The translations under genes were made by a program, and so were the position numbers. DNA of 64,000 bases from contig CAZXKC010000004.1 of NCBI GenBank assembly GCA_964641225.1, positions 29,026 through 93,025 of the forward strand. Reading direction: 5' to 3'. Every line of letters starts with the position of its first letter. Position 1 is the stretch's first letter. The notes below the pieces were generated by a model, which was not told the DNA's origin, did not search any database, and saw nothing but the letters and a program-made list of their open reading frames with translations. The stretch comes from an uncultured Candidatus Saccharibacteria bacterium. Lineage in GTDB: Bacteria; Patescibacteriota; Minisyncoccia; UBA6257; 1-14-0-10-44-23. Shown one piece after another: positions 37,522 through 46,818 of the stretch.

Positions 37522-38172
37522 GTGGAAGAAATCTTGTATAGAACATACGCAAAGGTTGGAGCTTTCTTTACTGGTTCTCAAAGAAGGTATTTGTTTTACT
37601 CTATAGCTTTAATGGGACTAGCTATCGCCTTATTGTCTGGATTTTATTTTCAATTCAACATTGGAACTGAAACCCTATCTCTCATTTTTAACTCAATTGT
37701 TCAATCGCTTATAGCATTGGTTGGTCTTATGGCTGTAGTAGTCGTTTTTAAGTACCAGAGTATGGCAACACGGGAAGATCGGCTTTTAGAAGAACTGAAT
37801 AAGACGACTTCAGATCTTGCAATGCTCGGCGGAAATCTAAACGCAACCTCTGGAGAAGATTTAATTAACAATATCAATCCGCACGTACCCAAAACGCCAA
37901 CTGCTAATGACGGATTTAGAACTATTAAACTCAGGCGAGTTAAGCAGGAGTTGGAAGCTCATAATTTTTTGAAAACATTTTTAGGAGATTATATGATTAA
38001 AATGAGTATTTATGGTTTTACTATAGTTTTATTAAGCTTCCTAGCTCTAATTTTCGTCCCCTACTTTTCACAGCACTATTATCTAGCAATCAGTAGTCTG
38101 TATGTCTCATTATTCTTCGTTGCTGATATACTACGGCTAGTAATCAAGATTATCGCCGAAGCCGTATCTTAA
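37522..38172 (+). CDS. 4-TM membrane protein
   Basis: Two pairs of hydrophobic helices. Confidence 0.65.
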   Translation: MEEILYRTYAKVGAFFTGSQRRYLFYSIALMGLAIALLSGFYFQFNIGTETLSLIFNSIVQSLIALVGLMAVVVVFKYQSMATREDRLLEELNKTTSDLAMLGGNLNATSGEDLINNINPHVPKTPTANDGFRTIKLRRVKQELEAHNFLKTFLGDYMIKMSIYGFTIVLLSFLALIFVPYFSQHYYLAISSLYVSLFFVADILRLVIKIIAEAVS

Positions 38173-38178
38173 AACTTT

Positions 38179-38652
38179 ATGGACGCTGAATACGTTAAGA
38201 ATCTAATCAAGGGGAAAATTGCCGAAATTATCTTTGAGCAGATGTTTAGGGAGTCTGGGAAATACACCATACTTCATTCCGGCTATGAGTATACGCTTCC
38301 AGAGCTAGCGCAATATGGTCATCTGGCGGAAGTGAAAGCAGTTATGGAAAATATCCGCAATGCGCCGGATTTTATTCTTATCTCGCAGGATCACAAAGAA
38401 GTTCATTTGGTTGAGGTCAAATACCGCCGTCATCGCGATTCAAAAAACTTAAAAGAAGTTGTCGGCAAGACTCTAGAAATCTGGAATCCTTCTTGGTTAT
38501 TCGTTGCTTCGCCGGATGGATTTTTCTTTGAACCCTGTAATACAGTATTGAAAAATGATGGTAAGATTGGCGCACTCTACGAGAAATGGGTTGATCCCTC
38601 TATTCAAGCTCAATACCTAAAACTCCTGAATAAGTTTGAGCCGACATCCTAA
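38179..38652 (+). CDS. PD-(D/E)xK nuclease-family protein
   Basis: KGKIAE...PDFIL...VEVKYR. Confidence 0.75.
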   Translation: MDAEYVKNLIKGKIAEIIFEQMFRESGKYTILHSGYEYTLPELAQYGHLAEVKAVMENIRNAPDFILISQDHKEVHLVEVKYRRHRDSKNLKEVVGKTLEIWNPSWLFVASPDGFFFEPCNTVLKNDGKIGALYEKWVDPSIQAQYLKLLNKFEPTS

Positions 38653-38656
38653 GAGT

Positions 38657-39229
38657 ATGGAGAAAACTGACCGATTTCAAAAACTGGTACAGCTCATTCA
38701 AGCAAAAGTATCTACTAATAAACTATTTGTAATTGGTATCTGCGGCTTCGGTGGTGCTGGGAAAACGACGACAGCCCATATGCTTGCCGAATTATTAGGC
38801 AACGCTAGCGTAATTAACGTGGATGACTTTATCGTAAATCGGCTCAAAGAGCGTTCAGCTGATTGGGATGGATTTGACTGGGAACGATTAGAAAAGGAGG
38901 TCCTTGAACCAATCAGGCAAGGTAAGACTACGATCACTTATGGCATTTACGACTGGAAGTCCGACAGCACCCCAGAAACAAAGACTTTAAGCTTAGAGAA
39001 GTACGTCATTCTTGAAGGTGTCGGTCTTTTTAAGCAAGAGTTCAAAAAGTACTTTGATTTCTTGGTATACGTTGATGTCCCGCATCATATTGCCCTAGAA
39101 CGTGGGAAGAAGCGCGACATACAAGACCATTGGGCTCTCTGGGATGATCTTTGGTCAAAGAATGACCACGACTACCACGAGAAGCATAAGCCTAAGGAGC
39201 AGGCTGATTTTATTCTTGAGAATAGCTAA
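38657..39229 (+). CDS. Uridine kinase-like P-loop protein
   Basis: IGICGFGGAGKTT, DDF and ILEGV motifs. Confidence 0.8.
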   Translation: MEKTDRFQKLVQLIQAKVSTNKLFVIGICGFGGAGKTTTAHMLAELLGNASVINVDDFIVNRLKERSADWDGFDWERLEKEVLEPIRQGKTTITYGIYDWKSDSTPETKTLSLEKYVILEGVGLFKQEFKKYFDFLVYVDVPHHIALERGKKRDIQDHWALWDDLWSKNDHDYHEKHKPKEQADFILENS

Positions 39230-39317
39230 TTTGTCTTAGTTGCAAAATACCGCTAAACTCAATTTCTTGTTTAATATGACCCCAATCAACAGTTCTGAAC
39301 GCATCTAACCACTCCCG
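39210..39317 (-). other. Orphan integrase C-terminal tail (35 codons, no start)
   Basis: REWLDAFRTVDWGHIKQEIEFSGILQLRQISYSQE*, in the same frame relative to CCGC as both recombinase genes. Confidence 0.7.
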
Positions 39318-39325
39318 CCAGAAAC

Positions 39326-39351
39326 AACACCCGCTGCATAGCGGGTGTTTT
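39326..39351 (+). terminator. Intrinsic terminator, probably the original one for tRNA-Ser
   Basis: AACACCCGCT-GCAT-AGCGGGTGTTTT directly after CCGCCA. Confidence 0.75.
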
Positions 39352-39360
39352 AATTCTTAA

Positions 39361-39816
39361 CTAGATACTCGCCGGGCGTCGCAGCTTCTTTTCAAACATG
39401 CCTGCCGCAGCGGCGATGACAACAGAAATAAAGGTAGTTACAATGCACATCGCAAGAAAACCCGCCGGATCATCGTCGACAGCATGAAATATACGGATAT
39501 ATACTCCGGCGCTCACGATCAAGAGAGCGAGGATGAGCGCAGAGTATTTAATAGTTTTTACAGCCTTCACAGATTCCGGCGAAAAGAGCTTATTCTGTCC
39601 GATATAGCCGAGTAATTTAAACGCTTGGTAGAGGGCAATAAAAAATGCGATCGATGCGAGATAGCCGTAGAGAATAAATGGATCAGAGTAAATACTAAGG
39701 AGATCTAAATTTGTGGCTCTGCCCTCTGTCAAAGGAAACCAGATCATGGCAACGAGCGCCAGGACGCCAATAATTACAATACCTGTACGAAGAAATACTG
39801 TTACACTTTTTTTCAT
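39361..39816 (-). CDS. DUF2975 family membrane protein
   Basis: ALYQAFKLL.YI..N..FS..SVKA...IKY and DDPAG motifs. Confidence 0.85.
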   Translation of the reverse strand: MKKSVTVFLRTGIVIIGVLALVAMIWFPLTEGRATNLDLLSIYSDPFILYGYLASIAFFIALYQAFKLLGYIGQNKLFSPESVKAVKTIKYSALILALLIVSAGVYIRIFHAVDDDPAGFLAMCIVTTFISVVIAAAAGMFEKKLRRPASI

Positions 39817-39946
39817 AACATAATAAATAGTTTGTATGTATCTAGCCTACTCTAGCACTTATCGTTTGTCAATATATTTTTATTGTTAATAAACCTAGTT
39901 CAACACCCGTCCACACCATATGTAATGCTAAACTATTAAGAGGTGT

Positions 39947-40567
39947 ATGATCTTCTTTAAAGGAATTCTTGTCGGACTTTTGATGGCCGTACCAGTTGGC
40001 CCGGTTGGAGTGCTCTGCATTGAACGAGCACTTCTTAAAGGCAGAGTATCAGGATTTTTATCAGGCCTCGGTGCAGCAACTGCAGATGCACTCTATGCCG
40101 CCGTAGGCGCCTTTGGACTGACTATTATCTCTTCATTTATCACCGAACATGACTTGTTTATTCGACTGATCGGAGGAGGTTTGATTTTATACCTGGGACT
40201 CAGTTCCCTGTTTGGACATAAAAAAACAAAATTGCCGAGACAAAACCAAATTTTTGAAAAAGGCAGCGACTATGTCTCAACATTTTTACTAACACTGACA
40301 AATCCTTCCACGATCGTTACCTTTGGCGTTGTATTTACACTCACCGGCTTTGATCCTAATCTTGTTTCAAATCTACTAACGCCTTCCGTGCTGGTAATTG
40401 GTGTCGGCGTTGGCTCAGCGCTCTGGTGGTGGATTTTAAGTTACGGCGTTGTGTTTCTCGCATCAAAAATGCCCTCATTCTCGCTGGAGATGGTTAAAAA
40501 AATCGCCGGGATACTGATCATCATCTTTGCCTTAGTAATCTTGAGCGGTATGAAATTTCACGGCTAA
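39947..40567 (+). CDS. LysE family transporter
   Basis: PVGP...G..SGLGAATAD and TLTNP motifs. Confidence 0.9.
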   Translation: MIFFKGILVGLLMAVPVGPVGVLCIERALLKGRVSGFLSGLGAATADALYAAVGAFGLTIISSFITEHDLFIRLIGGGLILYLGLSSLFGHKKTKLPRQNQIFEKGSDYVSTFLLTLTNPSTIVTFGVVFTLTGFDPNLVSNLLTPSVLVIGVGVGSALWWWILSYGVVFLASKMPSFSLEMVKKIAGILIIIFALVILSGMKFHG

Positions 40568-40585
40568 TTTGATATCCTAAACATT

Positions 40586-40870
40586 ATGGCCACACAACAA
40601 TTACCAGAGGGCACACCATTTCAGCAACAAGTCTGGGCGGCCTTACTGACTATCCCGCGCGGGCAGACCAGGACGTATGCGCAGATAGCGGCGCAAATTG
40701 GCAGGCCAACATCAGCACGCGCAGTGGCAAATGCCTGCGGTGCAAATCCACATCCAATTGATATTCCCTGCCACAGAGTGATTGCCTCAGATGGATCGCT
40801 CGGCGGCTACTCAGGAACCGGCGGCGTCAAAACAAAAATCAAGCTGCTTAAGAAAGAAGGCGCCCTCTAA
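40586..40870 (+). CDS. O6-methylguanine-DNA methyltransferase (C-terminal domain only)
   Basis: IPRGQTRTY, ARAVANA and the PCHRV active site. Confidence 0.9.
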   Translation: MATQQLPEGTPFQQQVWAALLTIPRGQTRTYAQIAAQIGRPTSARAVANACGANPHPIDIPCHRVIASDGSLGGYSGTGGVKTKIKLLKKEGAL

Positions 40871-41085
40871 ATTCGATCTAAGAGCGCGCGAAGCTCATCA
40901 ATAGTCCACTCTACCTCAGAGCGTATTTTTGCACGATTACTGCGCACCGATTCTTCGCTCGTCGGACCGCTTTGCCCATAGGGCCCAATCACCTTTTCAG
41001 TTAAATTCCGCGCGGCAGTGCGCGCTTTATCAACTAATGCCGTCTGATCGGCTGCGGCTTTCTGAGCATCAAACTCCTGCGCCAT
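40867..41085 (-). CDS. Hypothetical protein
   Basis: 72-aa ORF co-oriented with the upstream gene. Confidence 0.5.
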   Translation of the reverse strand: MAQEFDAQKAAADQTALVDKARTAARNLTEKVIGPYGQSGPTSEESVRSNRAKIRSEVEWTIDELRALLDRI

Positions 41086-41089
41086 AGCG

Positions 41090-42019
41090 TTATTTCGTAG
41101 CCGGACGCGGCGGGTATAGATCCATATCGATCATGCGCGTAAAGCAGGTTTGCCCGGCGCCATGCACCCAGGTTTCATTTCCAGCACCGGTGATTGGTTT
41201 AACCATACCGGTTGAATCGGTCGCCTGCAGGCTAAATGTGGCGCAGACTTCAAACGAGGTGTTACCTGTTTTTTTATAGCCATACGCAGCACCCTCTGGA
41301 TCCACCGGAACCATATAGCCGCTAATTGGATCATTTAACTGATCAAGAGAGGCCGGAAGCATTTGCTTACTTTGCCAATAATTTACGAGCTGCCACTGAA
41401 TAGTTTGCAGATCACTAACCCGCTGCATGTCATACTGTCGCTGACGCGCCGTTGTTGGTGAGCCGACAATAAAGAATCCGCCAATGATCGTGATGGCAAC
41501 AAGGGCAATTGATATATAGCGGAAAATCATTCTGCTGGGCGCATGCTTACCTGCGTCACGGCGCAGCTCGTAGTAGTAATATCCCCAGACAAGACCGCTA
41601 ACAACAGCAACTGCGAGTACCTTTAAGAAAAAGGTCAATGCAAATTCGCCCGAGAGGAATTGATAGAGTAACGCAATGACATCAATAATCAAAGCAAGGC
41701 TTGCCAGAGCAAGCGTTAGATACATCATCCACTTGCGAATCCGCAGATCTTTTTTCTCAGGGTGCTTTGCCAGATCGCGATTAATAAATCGAGTCACTAA
41801 AACATATACCGGAAATACAATTACCAGGCTGGCGATTGCCCAGCGCATTGAACCGCTAAACCAGGCAGAGCCGCCATAATAATAGCCGCCGGTAGAACCA
41901 AAGGCGAAATTAATATAGTCGTACAACAGGCTGACTAACCAACCTGCACAGTAATACAGAAATAAATTTGAGAGCACCTGCAGGAAAAAGTCCCGCGGAG
42001 AGGTTTTAATGTGTTCCAT
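41090..42019 (-). CDS. DUF5671-type membrane protein
   Basis: PRDFFL, IRKWMMYLTL, GSP..AR...D..RV.DL and FEVCATF motifs. Confidence 0.75.
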   Translation of the reverse strand: MEHIKTSPRDFFLQVLSNLFLYYCAGWLVSLLYDYINFAFGSTGGYYYGGSAWFSGSMRWAIASLVIVFPVYVLVTRFINRDLAKHPEKKDLRIRKWMMYLTLALASLALIIDVIALLYQFLSGEFALTFFLKVLAVAVVSGLVWGYYYYELRRDAGKHAPSRMIFRYISIALVAITIIGGFFIVGSPTTARQRQYDMQRVSDLQTIQWQLVNYWQSKQMLPASLDQLNDPISGYMVPVDPEGAAYGYKKTGNTSFEVCATFSLQATDSTGMVKPITGAGNETWVHGAGQTCFTRMIDMDLYPPRPATK

Positions 42020-42126
42020 ATGGTTTTAGTATAAGACGCTTTTGTGTATTTGACCATTACGTCTAACGAGGGTATAACGAAGCTACGGTTTAGCGCGTAT
42101 TAGGTAATACGCCAGCCGACGAAAGG

Positions 42127-42315
42127 ATGGTTACCGTGGAGGTAGCAAAGCTCGACAGAATGGTGGCTCGTCATCTGGGTCGCGGCAGAAGCGCTCAGGT
42201 GATCGCATCACAGATCGGTGTGCCGATCGAAGACGTCGAGGCATCGATCGCCCGACTCAAGGCGGCGGAGACGTCGCCGCAGGAACCCGCAACGCCTGAC
42301 GCGGAGAAGACCTAG
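42127..42315 (+). CDS. Small HTH protein
   Basis: GRSAQVIASQIGVPIEDV; upstream TTGACC-N17-TATAAC; GC-rich. Confidence 0.55.
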   Translation: MVTVEVAKLDRMVARHLGRGRSAQVIASQIGVPIEDVEASIARLKAAETSPQEPATPDAEKT

Positions 42316-42627
42316 ATGGGCAACGCTACAATGCCCGTCGTGACCGACTGCCGCCACCCGGACCTGTACGGAGACGTCAGCGGATGCGTATTTTGTGAGC
42401 CCTGTCCGGACTGCACCATGCGGATTCCGGTCGAGCATCGGAACGCGCACGAGCGATCACATCGCCCCGCGCCGGCTAGACCTCCTCTGTCCGAGAATTT
42501 CATCGAGCAGGCCAGCGCAGATGCGGCAGCACTGAATCCGGAAAACGACCCACTCATCAATCAGGCTCAGGAGGCGGCCCGGCCTCGGACCGGTGCCGAA
42601 GGCGGCGCCACAATGAGCCCTGAGTAA
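42316..42627 (+). CDS. Hypothetical Cys/His zinc-binding protein
   Basis: CVFC.PCPDC...H..SH; GGAG SD; GC-rich. Confidence 0.5.
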   Translation: MGNATMPVVTDCRHPDLYGDVSGCVFCEPCPDCTMRIPVEHRNAHERSHRPAPARPPLSENFIEQASADAAALNPENDPLINQAQEAARPRTGAEGGATMSPE

Positions 42628-42680
42628 GATGAGGGCCACGCACCACATAGGACCACGGAAGCCCGTGGTCCTTCACATTT

Positions 42681-43376
42681 TTAGGCCTTTTTTGAATGAT
42701 GCGACTGGATAGTGTCGGAGACAATAATCCCATCTTTAAGCATGATAACGCGGTGTGCTTTTCGCGCATACTCTTCTTCGTGCGTCACCATCACAATTGT
42801 CTGACCGCTCTTATGCAGATCCAAGAAGGCATCGATAACCGGACCGGCACTCGCCGAGTCTAAATTGGCGGTTGGCTCGTCGGCAAACAAAATATGCGGG
42901 TCGTGTGCAATCGCGCGCGCAATGGCCACACGCTGCTGCTGACCGCCCGAGAGCTGGCTCGGCTTGTTACTCAATTTATCTAATAAGCCTACGCGATCAA
43001 GCGCCTTCTTGGCCTTTGCTTCAGCTACTGGTTTTGCTATCTGCTGCACAAGCATAGGCAGCATCACATTTTCCAGTGAGGACAGTTCGGGTAGTAGTGC
43101 ATAATCTTGAAACACATATCCAAGCTTACTCAGTCGAAGTGCCGTCTTTTGAGTTTCGTTCATACCGGCAGTACGTACGCTGTCTAAATAAATTTCACCG
43201 GCTGTTGGCGCGTCAAGTAAAGAAAGCTGGTAGAGCAACGTTGACTTACCTGCTCCAGATGGCCCGATAATGGCGACAAATTCACCGTCTTTAATCGTTA
43301 AATCAAGGTGCTTAAGCACCTTGACCTCCAGCTCACCTTTTCCATAACTTTTTACTAATCCTTTTGCTTCGATCAT
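42681..43376 (-). CDS. ABC ATP-binding protein (LolD/MacB-type)
   Basis: GPSGAGKST, LSGGQQQR and ADEPTANLD motifs. Confidence 0.95.
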   Translation of the reverse strand: MIEAKGLVKSYGKGELEVKVLKHLDLTIKDGEFVAIIGPSGAGKSTLLYQLSLLDAPTAGEIYLDSVRTAGMNETQKTALRLSKLGYVFQDYALLPELSSLENVMLPMLVQQIAKPVAEAKAKKALDRVGLLDKLSNKPSQLSGGQQQRVAIARAIAHDPHILFADEPTANLDSASAGPVIDAFLDLHKSGQTIVMVTHEEEYARKAHRVIMLKDGIIVSDTIQSHHSKKA

Positions 43377-43377
43377 A

Positions 43378-44688
43378 TTATCGTCCTAAAATTGCGTCGA
43401 GCGTGTTGCGACGCACAATTAATTTTGCAGGAATGTATCCGGCAATCAGGGTAACCACGAGCAAGATAATCACACGAATCGCCGCGCCATCAGGCGTGGC
43501 CACCAAAATACCATCAGAAAACGGAAAATCAATCGGGTGACCGGCAAAATACGGCTTAAGCAGTCCAAAGGTCAGGGCAAGTCCGATTGCTGAACCGATG
43601 ATACCGTAAAACATCGCCTGGAAAATATACGAAAATTCAATAATCATAGGCGTGATTCCAATACCCTTCATGATGCCGATAAATTTACGCCGGGTAATTG
43701 CGTTAATAAAGACGACGATGAAAATCGTGATCGAAGCTACAATCAGCGCGATCGATGAGAGCGCATTACCCAAAATACCGAATGTAGTCTCAACATCACG
43801 CAAAAACGAGGGCACGGCATCGCTAGCCGTCTGAATACGCGCTGCATAACCGTCCATAAAGGCAGTGAGCTCGCTCACCAGTGTCGGACCATACGAGGCG
43901 GGCGTTGTCAGTATTGCGATCTCCTGAAGCTGCTCCTGATTGACCGGCAGCATGCGCTTAAGCTCTTTGTCGGTAATAAACATACGCGTTGAGATCTGGT
44001 CCACCTTACTCTTAACAATCCCTTTGATAATAAAATCTTTAGCAATTTTATTGCCATCAGCGCTTGTTATTGAAACGCGCACACGACTACCTACATCGAC
44101 ATTAGTCAGCAAATCAAGTCCGGGAATATTTGCGTCGGCAAATGAAGAATATTTTTTAATCATATTTGCGCCAATGAGCGCATATCCCTCCTGAGAATCA
44201 GTGATCATATCGCCAAATTTTACAAACCGCGAAAACCCGGTCGCCACCTCTTCTTTAGCCAAATCAATTCCAACGAGCTGGACGCCGATTTGATTACGGC
44301 GCTCGCCTTTTGCCGGCAAATCATCAAGCGTCCCAAGCACCTGTGCCGAAGCCGTGTGACGCGGCGAAATTGCCGCGACGTGCGGGTGATGTTCTAAAAA
44401 CGAAATAAGGGCCGGTGAATTTTCAATATAATTTTTTTGCGCCGCCGAGGTAACAATCACGTCGCCTGCATAACTTGAACTAAATTGCGCAAAAGAACCC
44501 GCAATCAGTCCGACAAGCAGCCCGGAGACAACCACAAGGTTAAGGAAGGTCAGCACCATGATAAAGATAATTAACCCGGTCGTCCCCTTACTGGAATGTC
44601 GAATGCTGCGCACAGCTAAAAACCAGCCGACACGAACTGCGTTACGATAGCGAGAAAGTGTATGTGAAAACCACTTCAGCAGAGCCAT
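43378..44688 (-). CDS. ABC permease (FtsX/MacB family)
   Basis: One TM, large extracellular domain, three TMs; RRKFIGIMKGIG. Confidence 0.9.
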   Translation of the reverse strand: MALLKWFSHTLSRYRNAVRVGWFLAVRSIRHSSKGTTGLIIFIMVLTFLNLVVVSGLLVGLIAGSFAQFSSSYAGDVIVTSAAQKNYIENSPALISFLEHHPHVAAISPRHTASAQVLGTLDDLPAKGERRNQIGVQLVGIDLAKEEVATGFSRFVKFGDMITDSQEGYALIGANMIKKYSSFADANIPGLDLLTNVDVGSRVRVSITSADGNKIAKDFIIKGIVKSKVDQISTRMFITDKELKRMLPVNQEQLQEIAILTTPASYGPTLVSELTAFMDGYAARIQTASDAVPSFLRDVETTFGILGNALSSIALIVASITIFIVVFINAITRRKFIGIMKGIGITPMIIEFSYIFQAMFYGIIGSAIGLALTFGLLKPYFAGHPIDFPFSDGILVATPDGAAIRVIILLVVTLIAGYIPAKLIVRRNTLDAILGR

Positions 44689-44693
44689 ATGCT

Positions 44694-46214
44694 CTATTGG
44701 GTGCCAACAATAATACTCTGACCAACCTCTAATCCGCTGATCACCTCGACATCGCCGACATTACCGCGCAGCCCGATAGTAACCGGAATTTTGTTCGGCT
44801 CCGCGCCCTCTGCACCCTGCGTACGCACGAATACGCCATCGGTGGTCATAGTCAGCGCGCGCTGAGGAATAACCACTACGTCCTGATGGCGATTTGTCGT
44901 AATTACAATATTGGCCGTCATACCAGAGCGAATGTGCTCATCAAGCTTAGCAAAGGTAAAGGTTGTTTTATACGTTGCAACGCCATCGACAATCGTCTCA
45001 GCCGGGTCAATCTCGCTCACTGTTGCCTCAAAGGCGGCACCATTCTTGTATGCATCAAGACCAATACTGGCCGCATCACCGACTTTAATCTTAGCAATAT
45101 CCACCTCTGGAATATTTGCAGTAACCTCTAATCCGCCCTCGCCGATAAGGTAATAGGCCTGATCAGTCGTAGTGACTAATTCGCCCACCTGCTTGCTTTT
45201 TACAGCAATAGTACCGGAAAACGGAGCGCGCAAATATGCCTCGGAAAGATTTTGCTGAGCAATCTCAAAATCCGCCTGCGCTTTTTCAAGATTTGCCTGC
45301 GCGGTGCGGTATGAGGCACCTGAAGAATTTACGTTAAGACTATTTTTCACCTTAGTATCTGCAAGCGTCGAAGAAGTTGTCGACTGCTTAGAAATTGCCG
45401 AATTTAAGTTTGTCTGCGCGGTTGAGAGCGAGTCTTTATATGACTGGAGAGTCGAGGCGCTCATCGAGCCGGCGGGTATGGCAGCGACCGCATTGATGAG
45501 CATCGTCAAACTCGATTTTATTTTTCGAAGCGGATCGGCAATTTTAAGAAGTGTCGCGTCAACTTGTTCACGCGTTGCATTTGACGGGAAATTTTCCGCA
45601 GCGGCACGCAGCACAATCACGGCGTCATCAGCGGTTTGCTTGCCATTATTTGCATCTAGAATCAATTGGCTCGTTAAAATCTGATTTGCAATGGTGCCAT
45701 TTAACCGATTTCCTGTGTCATAAAATGACACAATGGTCGCATATGACTGCTGCGTAAGGTTAACAATATCAGCAATTGTCTGCGGTGCATCAGCATACAG
45801 CAGGGTCAGAGACTGATTGTTCTTAATGCTCGTATCGCCAACATCTTGGTTGCTATTTTCAAGGGCGACTTGTGCGGTGACCAGATTTGCGCGCGCCTTA
45901 GTCACCTCTTTATTTAGCGATGAGGTATCCAGCGAGGCTAATGCCTGACCGGCAACGACCGTATCACCAACGTCAACGTTTGTACGCGCAATCACGCCGC
46001 TAATCTTAAAACGCAGCGAGGCATAGCTCTTTGGTTTAATCTGTCCGGTTGCAGCAACCGTCTCAGTAACAGTGCCGCGGGTAACCGTGGCTGTTTCATA
46101 GACCACCGGCTTGCTCTTACCAAAGAGTACATATATCAATGCAATTACGACAACGAGATATACTACGCGACGAACCCACTTTTTTGCCCAGATAGTTTTC
46201 AAACGATTTTTCAT
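44694..46214 (-). CDS. Membrane fusion protein (HlyD/MacA-like)
   Basis: Split lipoyl halves (V.VGDTV..GQ.LA / LRAPFSG), long helical hairpin, RSGMTA; likely start ATG at 46214. Confidence 0.9.
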   Translation of the reverse strand: MKNRLKTIWAKKWVRRVVYLVVVIALIYVLFGKSKPVVYETATVTRGTVTETVAATGQIKPKSYASLRFKISGVIARTNVDVGDTVVAGQALASLDTSSLNKEVTKARANLVTAQVALENSNQDVGDTSIKNNQSLTLLYADAPQTIADIVNLTQQSYATIVSFYDTGNRLNGTIANQILTSQLILDANNGKQTADDAVIVLRAAAENFPSNATREQVDATLLKIADPLRKIKSSLTMLINAVAAIPAGSMSASTLQSYKDSLSTAQTNLNSAISKQSTTSSTLADTKVKNSLNVNSSGASYRTAQANLEKAQADFEIAQQNLSEAYLRAPFSGTIAVKSKQVGELVTTTDQAYYLIGEGGLEVTANIPEVDIAKIKVGDAASIGLDAYKNGAAFEATVSEIDPAETIVDGVATYKTTFTFAKLDEHIRSGMTANIVITTNRHQDVVVIPQRALTMTTDGVFVRTQGAEGAEPNKIPVTIGLRGNVGDVEVISGLEVGQSIIVGTQ

Positions 46215-46336
46215 CCCGTACGAGATCAAGCAATTAATTAACGACTATGAAGATTTATTATAAATGAGAAGGCCCGTACTAGATTGAATAAATAAATTCC
46301 AGAAGCGGCGGAGCCGCTTCTTATCTCGTACGGGAT
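46213..46336. repeat. 124-bp segment bounded by 14-bp perfect inverted repeats
   Basis: ATCCCGTACGAGAT ... ATCTCGTACGGGAT with an internal AGAAGCGGC-GGA-GCCGCTTCT hairpin. Confidence 0.7.
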
Positions 46337-46414
46337 CTATTGCAGGAGTATACAGGAATTAAGCACGTCATTCAAGGTAAGTGGCCCCCGCCCCATAGTG
46401 CTATACTAAATGGC

Positions 46415-46813
46415 ATGGAACCAAAGATCAACTCAGAGACATTTCATCAAGAAATTGCTCATTTAGAGGCACAGCTCGCGGCAAAGAAACAAGAGTTCAT
46501 GAAATCCGGCGAACACCTACCGGAAAAACAGGTGTTTAAAGAGGTTGTTCGCGAACACGCATTCGCAGGCGAAGGAGTTGCGTCAGCCACTCCGAGCGCT
46601 GGAACAACAACCGCTGCGCCCGCTCGAACGACGACACAAGAAGACGAGGAGCAGATCAATACGTTGATCGCTCAGGCGTTTACAAAAGGCATCGCAAGCG
46701 CCGTAGCCGAGGCGCGCAAAATTGGCGATCCATACCTGATTGATATGCTGCACGACCGACTCGCCGACGAATACTATCAAAAGCTTCTGGCTGCTCGAAA
46801 AATTAAATCCTAG
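46415..46813 (+). CDS. Conserved hypothetical protein upstream of the VirD4-like ATPase
   Basis: AFTKGI..AV..A.K..DPY.ID.LHD.L pattern. Confidence 0.7.
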   Translation: MEPKINSETFHQEIAHLEAQLAAKKQEFMKSGEHLPEKQVFKEVVREHAFAGEGVASATPSAGTTTAAPARTTTQEDEEQINTLIAQAFTKGIASAVAEARKIGDPYLIDMLHDRLADEYYQKLLAARKIKS

Positions 46814-46818
46814 TCGCA

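Larger units (their letters stand above)
32637..39318. mobile_element. Integrative element B (integrase truncated), in tandem with A
   Basis: Bounded by CCGC at 32633-32636 and 39315-39318; right end followed by CA and a terminator. Confidence 0.7.
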
